A stretch of 64,000 nucleotides of DNA from Macrostomum lignano (lineage: Eukaryota), in assembly GCA_002269645.1 (NCBI GenBank), contig NIVC01000469.1:356724-420723 (forward strand), read 5' to 3'. The translations under genes were made by a program, and so were the position numbers. Shown here in pieces: positions 1 to 14,211 of this stretch. The notes under the pieces were generated by a model that saw nothing but the letters and a program-made list of their open reading frames with translations, searched no databases and was not told the DNA's origin. How positions within the stretch are numbered: the first letter of the stretch is position 1; each line of letters opens with the position of its first letter.

Positions 1-784
1 TCTTTCAAGCTGGAGTTCGGACATGAGGGCCCCCTAGGGTGCTAGAGAGAGTTGAGGAACTGCAGACTGAGTCCGCGATGTGAGTAAGCGTTCTCTAATG
101 GGAAACTATCTAGATATACATGAGGTCAGGCCCTGTATATGCAACTGACAATTGCCTGTGCTGGGCATGTCAGGGAATCACACACTACTGGACAACTATA
201 TCGATGTAGATAGCTTGAAGAGGCTCACTTAAGTCTGACGAACTCACCCCTATAGCCCCAAGTCTCTGCTCTGTCGCCATCCATCCTTGAGTGACGTGAA
301 CAATTTGGCTTGAAGAAAGCTGTCCACTCAGCTCAGACTTAACAGGAGTCATCGATATTAATAGTAGCTATGCTGGCTCAATCAGCAGGTGGGCCACATT
401 CTATTGAGTGGTGATAGGTGTGCGTTCCACCCGTTTCACAGGTCACTTGAGCATGCACAGGCGGAGACATGGACAGCTCTGCTTAGAATCGTAGAAACGT
501 AGAAAACTACTGCATAGTTTTTGCTATATTAAGTTTTCGACCGGGTGAAATTTCGACCTTGTATGGTTTCGACACTTTCGACACTACGATTGTATGGTAC
601 GATTTTTACTGACTTGATTCTATACTGACTGCTTTTTAGCGAGCGCCTTTGTCTTGCTGGTTAGCATAGCTAAAAGCATTTGTTTGCTACAAGAAATGCT
701 TCAAAATGCTTCGATTTCTTAAGGGGCGGGTTCTGATATGGCAGGAAAAGAAGCTGACCCAAGTAGTTGATGAGGTTGCGACTC

Positions 785-1036
785 AGCATTAGCTGGGGTA
801 ATTGAGGGTGTGTGTGGCGACTCCCCAGTCCTTGACTGAACAGCCGTACGCAGCCTTCAGATGCGCGCGCAATGGCTGCGGCTGAGCTGTCGGTTGCACA
901 TCTGGCCCAATCGGGCGGATGTGCAAAGATAATGAGGCTTTGATAGATAGGCGCGCAATGGCTGCGGCTGAGCTGTCGGTTGTGACATCTGGCCAATCGG
1001 GGCGGATGTGCAAAGATAATGAGGCTTTGATAGATA
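785..1036 (+). mobile_element. tRNA-SINE family 1, 5'-truncated copy with an ~88-bp tandem duplication of the 3' tail
   Basis: Matches the reverse complement of the copies at 34581, 48566 and 52438 (GCATTAGCTGGGGTAATTGAGGGTGTGTGTGGCGAC...CAGCCGTACGCAGCCTTCAGATG...GCTGAGCTGTCGGTTGCACATCTG). The tRNA head is missing. Confidence 0.8.
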
Positions 1037-1794
1037 GGAGATAAACGTGGATAGCAGTCACGTGATGAAATTTGTACATTTTGTAAAATGTACATTAAAT
1101 ACAAGTGTGAGATAATTGCCTTTGTGTCTGGGTGACACTATGTATGCAATTATTTATGCTTTTAAAATTTAGTTCATAGCTAAATTATCCAACTTACAAG
1201 TCAAAAGTTTTTTAATGTTCGTACAGAGCGGGAACCGAGCGTGGCGTCCGTGGTCCCTCTGCCTATCGAGTCTCGATTACGCAATAATTCAGGACGTTCA
1301 GGTGTAAAAGAATGAATGAGTTTTGGAATGAGAGCGAGCTAGAAGTTGGCTCAAGTATATACATGCATTATTAGCTGGCTTTATACAAAGAGGTAAGATA
1401 ATGTGAGAACAATAATACCTTTATAATATAAAGAAGATCCACCAAGCAATCGACGTCATAAAATCTAACTGACTGACCAAAGAAATCATAACAAAGACCT
1501 GTCGAAAAAAGTTGTCTATTCTTTAAAAACTTCGACCTCACAGGAATGAAAATTTAAGAGGAAGGTGACAGAGGGTATTGTGGGTCTTTGTTTTTCTTTG
1601 TGTCTCAACATCTTTTCTCCCAAAACTTTTTTGTCTTATGTGTTTATATATACGGACTCACGTTTCACAAATAAGAGCAGGACACTGGGGGAACGGCTTT
1701 TAGCCATGGGGCAAGAGTCCCCTGATCATATTTAAGTCCCTGAAGGCAAGACGACAGCGCCAAATTAGCGCCGCATGCTAGATTCTAGCGCCAG

Positions 1795-3012
1795 AAATAA
1801 GCGTCGCAAGCTAGATTTTAGAGCCGAAAGCTAGATTTTAGAGCCGAAAGCTAGATTTTAGAGCCGAAAGCTAGATTTTAGAGCCGAAAGCAAGATTTTA
1901 GAGCCGAAAGCTAGATTTTAGAGCCGAAAGCTAGATTTTAGCGCCGCAAGCTAGATTTTAGCGCCAGAAATAAGCGTCACAAGCTAGATTTTAGCGCCAA
2001 ACGCTAGATTTTAGCGCCACAAGCTAGATTTTAGCGCCAAACGCTAGATTTTAGCGCCGCAAGCTAGATTTTAGCGCCGGAAATAAGCGTCGCAAGCTAG
2101 ATTTTAGAGCCGAAAGCTAGATTTTAGCGCCGCAAGCTAGATTTTAGCGCCAAAAGCTAGATTTTAGCGGCAGAAATAAGCGTCACAAGCTAGATTTTAG
2201 CGCCAAAAGCTAGATTTTAGCGCCAGAAATAAGCGTCACAAGCTAGATTTTAGCGCCAAACGCTAGATTTTAGCGCCACAAGCTAGATTTTAGCGCCAAA
2301 CGCTAGATTTTAGCGCCGCAAGCTAGATTTTAGCGCCAGAAATAAGCGTCACAAGCTAGATTTTAGCGCCAAACGCTAGATTTTAGCGCCGCAAGCTAGA
2401 TTTTAGCGCCAGAAATAAGCGTCGCAAGCTAGATTTTAGAGCCGAAAGCTAGATTTTAGCGCCGCAAGCTAGATTTTAGCGCCAGAAATAAGCGTCACAA
2501 GCTAGATTTTAGCGCCAAAAGCTAGATTTTAGCGCCAGAAATAAGCGTCACAAGCTAGATTTTAGCGCCAAACGCTAGATTTTAGCGCCACAAGCTAGAT
2601 TTTAGCGCCAAACGCTAGATTTTAGCGCCGCAAGCTAGATTTTAGCGCCAGAAATAAGCGTCACAAGCTAGATTTTAGCGCCAAACGCTAGATTTTAGCG
2701 CCGCAAGCTAGATTTTAGCGCCAGAAATAAGCGTCGCAAGCTAGATTTTAGAGCCGAAAGCTAGATTTTAGCGCCGCAAGCTAGATTTTAGCGCCAGAAA
2801 TAAGCGTCACAAGCTAGATTTTAGCGCCAAAAGCTAGATTTTAGCGCCAGAAATAAGCATCACATGCTAGATTTTAGCGCCAAAAGCTAGATTTTAGCGC
2901 CGCAAGCTAGATTTTAGCGCCACAAGCTAGATTTTAGCGCCACAAGCTAGATTTTAGCGCCGCAAGCTAGATTTTTGCTCCAGAAATAAGCGCCGCAAGC
3001 TAGATTTTAGCA
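1795..3012. repeat. Minisatellite, 20-bp unit AAGCTAGATTTTAGCGCCGC with a recurrent ~15-bp insert AGAAATAAGCGTCAC
   Basis: Directly visible tandem array containing the TAGCGCC motif. Confidence 0.95.
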
Positions 3013-3977
3013 AGATTAAGATTTTTGAGCTATTTTATTACACCGGAGAGGTTTGCATATCTTGCCGAGGGTCTTTGACCACATTGTCGGCAAGCAATGC
3101 CCCCCCCCCTAGCTGCTGCCATGAGAAGCCATGTGGTCTCATCGCTATTAGATTTGGTACGTGGCCAGCTGTCTGTATTTAGCTAGTATGCTCGTATATC
3201 TAAAAAAACAACTCGCAAGCTCGTGTATGCAAATTGAATTTTTCACTGCATGCGTTTCCACAATGCGTCCGGCCCAACACAGTTTCCTATCGCTAAGGCT
3301 GAGACAGGTGCTGCTGCCAAGGCTGATTGGATGAAGCTGTTTTATGTGTATAAATTTGTGTCTTGGGTGAGCACCGGCCACCGGGCCCTCCAAGCCGCCA
3401 ACCTAATCAGTTGGAGTTGCCTCGCTTCGCGGGGCCGGCAGCTGGCTTGGCTACCCGGCGGTGTGATGGAGAGGAGAGGAGGACTCGAGTAGCCACGCCA
3501 GAGCCAGGTGGCGCACTGTAAACCCAGATAGCCCAGACCGAGCCGCCCTCCATCTCCCTGCCTGCTCTGCCCCGGAGATTAATTTTCTATAATTTCTTCA
3601 AACGTTTTTTTATAGCGAATTCGATAACAGATCCCGCGGAAGTATTTGAGCATGGTGATTTTGTGAGAAAGGATGTGGCCAAGAGAGAGAAAGACAAATT
3701 GATGGATAAGGATGACAAACTGTTAAATTGGAGAGGAGTTGAGGTTACTGAGAATCGAGAATAGAGAGGAGAGGAGAGCAGAAAATAGAAGAGAGGAGGG
3801 GAGAGAGGAGAGCGGAGAGGAGAGTAGACAATAGAGAAGTGGATGCAATGCACGGGCACTTCTGCAAAATCTTTTAAGAAATGAGGATTTGCCAACTGCA
3901 TTCACCAAACAGATGCATAGTGCGGTCTGTCTGCCTACCTTCGGCAACACCATTTATTTTGCACTAAACCAAATTCT

Positions 3978-4321
3978 AAAATGTTAAGGCTTACGGGGGG
4001 AATTGCTGAGATGTCAAGGCTTACGGGGGGAATTGCTGAGATATCAAGGCTTACGGGGAGAATTGCTGAGATGTCAAGGCTTACGGGGGGAATTGCTGAG
4101 TTATCAAGGCTTACGGGGGGAATTGCTGAGATATCAAGGCTTACTGGGGGAATTGCTGAGATGTCAAGGCTTACGGGGGGAATTGCTGAGTTATCAAGGC
4201 TTACGGGGGGAATTGCTGAGATGTCAAGGCTTACGGGGGGAATTGCTGAGTTATCAAGGCTTACGGGGAGAATTGCTGAGATGTCAAGGCTTACGGGGGG
4301 AATTGCTGAGATGTCAAGGCT
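3978..4321. repeat. Minisatellite, 30-bp unit AAGGCTTACGGGGGGAATTGCTGAGATGTC (~11 copies)
   Basis: Directly visible. Explains the RLTGGIAEMS repeat ORFs. Confidence 0.95.
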
Positions 4322-4762
4322 ATAATACTACATGAAGTTTATTTAATAATTTTATTCCATTATTTGTTGGCTCCATAACGGGGGTGGGCCGCTGATTGCA
4401 ATTCCAATCCAAAGCTAACTCTGACTGCTCATTTGTACAGAGCATATCGGATGAAATTTCAACTGTGCTCAGAAAAATATTTTGCTCATCGAGTCATCAG
4501 CAGGCCTGCTATCAAATCCTGTCTCAGCTCGTGGCTAAAAAAAGTCGTGGCTATATGAGACACAGAGAGAGTGTCTGCCATCAATTCATCAAGGACAGGC
4601 CGGCCGGCCGGCCGCGTGCCAGGAAAGAGGGGGGCGGGGGGGGGGGCACAGGCCCCCGACTTTACTTTTTAGATTGCCTGCCTGAAAAGCCATCGTATAA
4701 TTCGATGAAGATTTGGCAAGGAGGAGGCCAGGGGGGTTGGCGCCCCCCTCCCCCAGCTCGCT

Positions 4763-5070
4763 CACGTGCCCGGGGGGAGGCTGGGCACGTGACCCGGCCG
4801 CCGGCTCGGCAAATTGGACTCGGGGAGCTGGGTGGCGGCGGCCCGCCCGAGCCAATGGGAGTTCAAGCCGAGGGGAGGACAGATCGCCTGCTCCATATTA
4901 AATCCCCAGCCGAGACTCCAGAGCCTCATCCTGAACGACGCTCCGACACACCCACCTGGCCGCGTGTCCTCCGCCTCCCAGCATCCGCAGCTTGAAGCAG
5001 CAGCAGCATAGAAATTTCCTTCATCAGTTTCCCTCCCCGCGACAGCTCAGAGAGAACAAAGACGCACGTG
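4763..5070 (+). promoter_or_regulatory. Probable Hey proximal promoter: E-box pair, CCAAT boxes, TATA-like element
   Basis: CACGTG at 4763-4768, 4786-4791 and 5065-5070; ATTGG 4813-4817; CCAAT 4852-4856; CATATTAAAT 4894-4903. All lie upstream of the ATG at 5117. Confidence 0.55.
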
Positions 5071-5116
5071 ACCAGCCTTCAATTGAGCTGCTGAAACCTT
5101 TGCTCCAGAAAGTGTG

Positions 5117-5707
5117 ATGAAGCTCCAGATGAAGCAGAGCGGAAGCTGCGACTCCAGCGAGTCGGACTCAGACGAAATGGCCATGCAGTAAGTGCAGCTG
5201 CGGTGCAGTACTATCGATTTCTCCCTGCCGCTCAGTCTCACACTATATCTGGATATAATATGCAATATAGCTAAGGTTGCTGATAAATGCACACTCTGCC
5301 TCCCGCCCGCAGGTACCCCGGTCAGACAGTGAAGAGTGCGAACAGGAAGCGAAGGAGAGGCGTAAGTGTTTGTTTGTCTCTCAGCGTTTGCCTGAGTGCG
5401 TTAAACTGACTGTCCGTCTTACAGTGTCTGTATTAATGTCTGTATTAGTGTCTGTATTAGTGTCTGTATTAGTGTCTGTATTAGTGTCTGTATTAGTGTC
5501 TGTCTGTATTAGTGTCCAGTGGCGCAACCAGGGGGGGGGGGGGGGGCGGTCGCCCACCTTCTTAGGCGGAGACGGAGACCCAAAAACAATCAAAGAGGGG
5601 AAGACCAAGCGAACAAAAACAGAGCACCCCTCCGCCCCCCCTCCGAGACTTTACCCTCCAAAATCCGCCCCCCCCCCTCAAAAAATTTCTGGTTGCACTA
5701 CTGTTAG

Positions 5708-5774
<67 letters not shown>

Positions 5775-5779
5775 ATTAG

Positions 5780-5818
<39 letters not shown>

Positions 5819-5851
5819 ATTAGTGTCTGTCTGTCTGTCTGTCTGTATTAG

Positions 5852-5886
<35 letters not shown>

Positions 5887-5891
5887 ATTAG

Positions 5892-5926
<35 letters not shown>

Positions 5927-5931
5927 ATTAG

Positions 5932-5978
<47 letters not shown>

Positions 5979-6980
5979 GTGTGTGTCTGTCTGTCTGTCT
6001 GTGTGTCTGTCTGTCTGTCTGCACACCAAATCACAACCCACTCCTCTCTCTACCGCAGATGATCGAGAAGCGCCGCCGCGACAGGATCAACAGCAGCCTG
6101 AGCGAGCTGAAGCGCCTCGTGCCCAGCGCCTTCGAGAAGCAGGGCTCGCGAAGCTGGAGAAGGCGGAGATTCTCCAGATGACGGTCGACTACCTGCGCTC
6201 GCTGCAGCATCAGCAGAAGTGCGGCGGCTACGCCGCCACCGCCGCCGATGCGGCCGCTGTCGCATTGGATGCCCGCAACATCGGCTTCCGCGAGTGCGCC
6301 GCTGAGGTGCACCGCTTCCTGCTGGCTGCGAGGCCGCCTCCACGCCGATGGGCAGCCCCGACCAGCAGCAGCAGCCGTGGGACTCCCTGCGCTCCCGGCT
6401 GTTGCTCACCTGCAGTGCTGCTCGCCCAGCGGTCCTCGACTGTTCAGCGCCCGATCGCGGCCGTGTCCGGGTCGCCTCCGTCGCCGCCGCCGCCCCTGCC
6501 GCCTCCGTCCGCCGGGCCTGGCAGCAGGCCGCTGCCGCCGCTCCGCCAACGGGCCTGCCGGCTGGCTACGCTGGCCGCCGCTGCTGCCGCGGCCGCTGCG
6601 GCTGCCTTCGAGTCAGCACCGTCGGAGGCTCCGTCGGCTCCGGTGGCGGCGCCTTCGTGCCCTGCGGCTCTGGCGGCGGCGGCAGCGGCGGAGGCAACGG
6701 AGGCGGCGGCTGCAGCTATTACCCTCCGGCACCTTCAGCGGCCTGCTGCAGAGCTGCCAGCAACCAGCGCCTGGTTATTATCAGCAGCAGCAGCAGCAGC
6801 AGCATCCGGGCATGCAGGCAGCAGCAGCAGCTTCATCAGCAGCACCAGCAGGTTTACCAGCATCACAGCCAGCTGCCGCATCACCAGCAGCCTCCACAGC
6901 CTCATCACTATCAGCCGCAACCGCTGACGCCGCAGAAGCCCTACAGGCCGTGGGGCGCCGACATCGGTGCATTCTCGTAG
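5117..6980 (+). CDS. Hey: Hairy/E(spl)-related bHLH-Orange transcription factor HEY; 3 exons, frameshifted in this sequence
   Basis: Exons 5117-5187, 5313-5361 and 6059-6980 join in phase: ...[54 protein letters not shown]. Orange domain [13 protein letters not shown]...[12 protein letters not shown]-terminus [14 protein letters not shown] is diagnostic of HEY. Apparent 1-bp G deletions near 6148, 6330 and 6404. Confidence 0.95.
5430..6020. repeat. (TCTG)n microsatellite with TATTAGTG interruptions, split by the MITE
   Basis: Directly visible in Hey intron 2. Confidence 0.95.
5517..5703. mobile_element. hAT-type MITE (187 bp) in Hey intron 2
   Basis: TIRs CAGTGGCGCAACCAG / CTGGTTGCACTACTG; 8-bp TSD TTAGTGTC at 5509-5516 and 5704-5711. 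Confidence 0.85.
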
Positions 6981-8457
6981 TACCATCATCGCTTGGTAGC
7001 TTTTTTAGGCTCATCGCTCGTACACAACAGCTGCTCGTGCAACATTCATTATAATAATTACTTTTCATATGGTCATAGTGCATTTGTAGTTAACGTGGGT
7101 CAATACAAGCCCTGAACGATGCAATAGCATCCATAACTATAATTAACATGCCAATTATAATGTATAACTATAGGTCGTATATATATATATTGTGTCTTAC
7201 AGTCTGTCTGAATGGTGCTGACTTTACAATATTTACGAGAATAACTGGCGGTTGCGACTTATATGTACGTACAAGTGTATAGAAATGCACTGCATTTTTG
7301 TTGCCTTCCATAATTTTTGTGTATTGTATAGTAAATAAAAACGCGTTTTGTAAATAATAACATATTTGTTATAACACTACAGTTGTATTGACATTGTCTT
7401 TGAAATCTCTTTGTAGTTCCGCAACGAAACGAAACTCTGTTTTCGGGACACCCGATCCCCATCTTCGCAGCAGTGCGTGTTGCAATTGTGCAAATTTCGG
7501 AAATAGCAATTCAATTGAATACTTGTGGAGGCTTTGTCTGCTTTCTGTGCAACCGATGCGACAGACAGGAGGGTTGCCAAGGGCCTGCGATGCGGCTCAG
7601 CTGAACTATTGAACTGGGAAACTGGAAACTGTAGCTGAACCTGTTTAGTAGCTAAGCTGTAGTATACTCGTATTTTATTGCTGAATCCTGCAGAGTGCGC
7701 AAATTTATGAGTCATCCGGGCTGCAGTTTTTCTGGGGAAGACTCTTCTGGGGAAACCCTCCTGTGTTATTTTTTAGTTTAATACGTTTTCATTGTTTCTA
7801 TTCGGGATACTCTGTAGTATATATCCTCTATAGTATACAGCCATTTATGAAACGGTGTACTAAAAGTTGACGTTAGTCACATGAGACTGAGTATAGTATA
7901 TGGACTGAAGAATGTAAATTTTTTAAGCTGGTTTTACGCATATCAAAGTCTCAGATGTCTTGAGAGTGAGGACTTTTTAGTGTATTTTTGTCAATAAGGA
8001 AGTGCTCCGCCTCGAAGCGTCGGGTTAACCTCCACTTCGTTGAGGTGAAATCGTCTGAGGTACAAACCCCATTGACGCTATTTACGTCTCCATCAAGGCG
8101 GGGAAACACAATGAGATCTGGGGTGGGGGATTACATAAACATTATTAAGAGATACATGATGGGGGCATGACATGACATTACTTTCACTCTTCTTCTTCAA
8201 GCTCCAAAGGAAGGAATTGGCGTTGAGAAAATCGGACCCAATGCTTCAGGCTCAATTTTGACTCTCAAGTTCACATCCCCTCGGTGCTTGGAAACGATGT
8301 CGGTCGCGCTGAGAAGGCGTTGCGCAATCACAGCTTGGCCTGCGAGCATTTATTTTTTTAAATCCCACCAGGATGTCAGACAGTTCTGGAGAGTGGAGAC
8401 AGAACCTGCACCTGGCTTCATTGCCAAAACTAATTGTAAAAACTACTAAAATATAGA

Positions 8458-8660
8458 CGGGCTGGGCAAAATTTTACCGCAAGGGCCAGATCGAGAACCC
8501 AGCGCATGTCTGCGGGTCAGTGGAGGGGATCGGAGAGATAAGGGGGAATAGAGAAGAGAAATAGGAGAAAGGACAGGCGAGGGAATTAAGGAGAAGAGAG
8601 AAGACGAGAGAGGAGAGAGAAGAGAAGGGAGATGAGAAGAGAGAAGAGAAGAAACAAGGA
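8458..8660. mobile_element. Partial hAT/Charlie-like (MER58-like) MITE end followed by a GA-rich tract
   Basis: GGGCAAAATTTTACCGCAAGGGCCAGATCGAGAACCCAGCGCATGTCTGCGGG is similar to the ends of the copies at 16912-17306 and 29444-31087. Confidence 0.5.
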
Positions 8661-9174
8661 ATCTGGACCAGGTTCGTCTGATAATGCGTTCCAGGGGTCG
8701 GGAAACCGGCCGCGGGGCAAGGCCTCTCTATCCTGCCAGATTCCTTGCTTGAGGTGTCCATGGACGGGGTGATAAAAAATGGGTTTAGTCGGTGATGAGG
8801 GCGGGCACCTGGGGGGGTTATTCATTGGCTTGGGGAGAAAGGAATTTATAAGAGGCCTGTGAACGAGAAGCTCCAGTATCCAGTCATATCCAGTCAGCTA
8901 TGAATTTGGGGAATCCCATTAGATAAGGTACAATTCGCTGGGGGGGGGGACACCTGGTCGGCCGAGTCTGCAGGCTGTATAAGCAGTCTCTGAGTCAACC
9001 AGGTGGTCGTGAAGGCAGCGACTGAAGTTTTGAGTTGCCTCCATGTTGTAGAGATTTGAAATTGTATATCCCCAGGATGTCCAGTGTTGGCTGGCCTCTG
9101 TCAGGGGAGCTGGAATACTTGCCTAGGAAAAATCAATTTTACCGTTGCGATTTCTAACGCGCTCCTCGTCACCC

Positions 9175-9445
9175 TTTCTAGCGCCCCCAATACACATTCT
9201 AGCGCCCCAGCACCCCTTCTAGCGTCCCAAATACCCTTTCTAGCGCCCCAGCACCCCTTCTAGCGTCCCAAATACCCTTTCTAGCGCCCCAGCACCCCTT
9301 CTAGCGTCCCAAATACCCTTTCTAGCGCCCCACCCTTCTAGCGCCCCCACCCCTTTTAGCGCCGCCACCCTTTCTAGCGCCCCAGCACCCCTTCTAGCGC
9401 CGCCACCCCTTCTAGCGCCCCAGCACTCCCTCTAGCGCCCCAGCA
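9175..9445. repeat. Minisatellite, ~20-bp unit TTCTAGCGCCCCAGCACCCC
   Basis: Directly visible, diverged array with the TAGCGCC motif. Confidence 0.9.
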
Positions 9446-9804
9446 GCACCTCATTTGGTGCGATTTATCGGGCATAAACAGATTTCAGTCAAATTATTTT
9501 CACCCTACTGACAGTAGCGAGTAGCAAAAGACCCTTTTAATAAATGAAAAGTTGGTAAAAAATTAAGTTGAATTTTGATATTCAATGCCATACGTCAGAA
9601 GCAGATTTTTTACATGAATTTTTTACAAAGCAGGGAAGATAATTTCTTGCATTGTAGCCAGCCTCACGGCCCGGCGCTTTCCATTTTGCCCAAACTACTG
9701 CATCAATCATTTGGAAGCAAGGCTGTCACCGTGGACTGAATGGTTGTTTTGGTGGGGGGGGGGGCTAAACTAAGAAGTCTAAACGAAAAAATTCCTCACT
9801 CGTT

Positions 9805-10132
9805 TTAGCGCCATAGGGCACTCAGTTTAGCGCCACAGGGCACTCAGTTTAGCGCCACTGGAACTCAGTTTAGCGCCACAGGAACTCATTTTAACGCCAC
9901 AGGAACTCAGTTTAGCGCAACAGGAGCTCAGTTTAGCGCCATAGAGCACTCATTTTAACGCCACAGGAACTCAGTTTAGCGCCACAGGAATTCAGTTTAG
10001 CGCCACAGGAACTCAGTTTAGCGCAACAGGAGCTCAGTTTAGCGCCATAGAGCACTCATTTTAACGCCACAGGAACTCAGTTTAGCGCCACAGGCACTCA
10101 TTTTGGCGCCACAGGGCACTCAGTTTAGCGCC
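9805..10132. repeat. Minisatellite, 21-bp unit TTTAGCGCCACAGGAACTCAG, probably inside a decayed hAT-like MITE (~9718-10155)
   Basis: Tandem array visible. Flanks carry weak inverted ends CACCGTGGAC / GTCCCCGGTG and a G-run. Confidence 0.85.
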
Positions 10133-10184
10133 ACTCTGTCCCCGGTGGGCGCACACACATGTATACCAATTAGACACGCAAATA

Positions 10185-11402
10185 TTCGGTTGAAGGGAAA
10201 GTTCTCGCCAATTCTAGAAAAACATAGTGCAAGGAAAATTTCGAAAGTTCTGGAACCTTCCATTGCTGGACTATAAATAAGGATAGGTGGGCATCATGTC
10301 ATAGTCATTGCCTTTTATTTTCTTCAGAATAGTGCCTGAAAATGGAAATTTCAAAACTCTATATTCGTGGATGTTTGCTCTACGACTTTAAATCTGGACT
10401 TAATGCGTCGCATTAATGCATTAACTCTGCATTCGGAGAGGGTACCATGTCCGACAGAACTGCCCGGGACTGGTTCACTCGTTTCCGCAATGGAAACTTT
10501 GAACTCGAAGACCAGCCCCGATCAGGTCGACCATCGGGGGTGGATGATGAGCAGCTGCGCCAGCTCGTAGAAGCCGATCCCCGCCGAACCTCGCCTGAAA
10601 TGGCAGATGTCCTCGGGTACACCAGACCACCATCATCGATCACCTGTGCCAGCTGGGTAAGGTGTACAAGTTGGCACAATGGGTACCCACGACCTTACCT
10701 AGTTCGACCGTCGGCGTCGCGCTGATGCTGCGATGTTTCTTCTGTCCTACTGTCGCACAACCCATTGGCTAACATCCATAGTGACGGGTGACAAAAAGTG
10801 GTGTTTATACACCAATGTGAAATGCCGTGCTTTGTGGGTGGACAAAATTAAATGCCAAAACCACAGCCGAAAGCACCACTGCACCCTCGGAAGGTGATGC
10901 TCAGCATCTGGTGGGACTGCAATGGCGTCATTGACTATGAGCTGCTGCCACCAAACCTGACAATTACAGCCAGCAACTGGATGATTTGGCAGCAAAGATC
11001 AAAGAAAAGCATGGTCCGATCCGTTTCTTCACGACAATGCGCGGCTGCACACGGCAAAGGTTACTCGGCAGAAGCTGCTTGATCTGGGCTGGGAGGTTTT
11101 ACCCCACCCACCTTATTCACCTTGCACCATCTGATTACCACTTGTTCCTATCCCTGTCCAGCGCCATGGCCGAGAAATCGTTCGATGATGAGCATGAACT
11201 CAACGTCTGGCTGGACTACTTCTTCGCCTACTAACCTCAAAACCTCAAAACCTTCGCCTCAAAGCTAAGTTCTATAAGGACGGCATCATGAGTCTGCACG
11301 AACGATGGCAGAAAGTCATCGAATATGATGGCGATTCAGTTCCATAAAAACTCAGTACGATTTAAGTTCTTAAAATCGGCGAGATCTTTCCCTTCAACCG
11401 AA
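10185..11402 (+). mobile_element. Full-length mariner (DD34D-type) transposon with a decayed transposase
   Basis: TIRs TTCGGTTGAAGGGAAAGTTCTCGCC / GGCGAGATCTTTCCCTTCAACCGAA with TA TSD. Motifs across several frames: [51 protein letters not shown]. Multiple stops and frameshifts from ATG ~10342. Confidence 0.95.
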
Positions 11403-11911
11403 TACCTGGCAGAGCAACACAGAGCCAGGTAGTGAGGGGGTGGGGGTAATAGCAGAAAGGACGTAATTAAATTGGCAATAAATTATTGTTAACTGGCACA
11501 CACATGTATACCAATTAGACACGCAAATAACTGGCAGAGCAACACAGAGCCAGGTAGTGAGGGGGTGGGGGTAATAGCAGAAAGGACTTAATTAAATTGG
11601 CAATAAATTGTCAACTGGAGTGCTGTTTGTGTACCATAGCAACCAGCTCCTGTTGGGGTGGATGGAGAAATACCTGAAATTATCCACAGTGGCCTGAACT
11701 CTGTTAGCCTGCCTGTTGGGGAAGCTCAGCTGCAGCCGTCCAATTAGGCTTGAGGGATAAAAGTGAACGACATACACATATTTAGGATCCTCTACTAAAG
11801 TTTCCCAATGCGTTGATAGAGGCGACCCGGGTTGAACAGAGCAACTAAAAAGCTTCCCCATTGACAGGAGCCAGCAAATTTTAGGATATTTTTATTCTCT
11901 ACGGCTGCAAG

Positions 11912-13620
<1,709 letters not shown>

Positions 13621-14211
13621 AGCGGTGAGTCGCTATGAAACATTGATCAATGCATTTCATATCCTATATGCACACGGTCCGCATCAGGTGACAATGCTTA
13701 TGGAAAATGAAATAAAATCCCGGAAACGACTTGCCCAAGCACGTGTCAAGTCATGATTTAAAGCTTTTCTCAAACCAGTCAGTTGTTCTCCTTCTTATCA
13801 GCAGTTATTTATTGCGGATGGCACGAGGCATTGAAGAAGTACATCAGTACATGTACTTTTAATCGAAAAATAACGGAAACTGTAGCCTTTCTGTTATATT
13901 GAAAGAATACTCAATACTAGATCTGTTTAGATATACGGGTTAAAGTTACAAGCTGGCAGGTAAAAACTGGTTAAAGTTACAGAGCACTTATTGGAAAAAT
14001 ATGTTTGCATCAGTCGGTTGGAAAATGTCCATGAAGTAGTTAAAGTTTGAGGCTAATTTATTCAAAGATTGCAGCGTACTTTTTGGATAAACGGTAGGAG
14101 CTGACAACGCATACTGGGCTTCAGTGCCCTCAGATGCGTTCTGAAAAAGTGAAATTGCAGTAATATAGACTGATAAATTTAATCCGGGCCAATCTGGATC
14201 CATCCAATTCC

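Noticed and set aside
228-300. Possible hammerhead ribozyme (CTGACGA followed by an ACTCA/TGAGT stem)
   Set aside because: The required GAAA is absent (GACG instead) and stems I and III are not evident.
3220-3360. snRNA-type promoter (octamer ATGCAAAT, ATTGG, TATAAAT)
   Set aside because: No recognisable snRNA or SL RNA follows, and the motifs are short enough to occur by chance.
4478-4504. Minus-strand CTGATGA-CTC-GAT-GAG hammerhead-like motif
   Set aside because: It is followed by CAAA, not GAAA, and there are no flanking stems.
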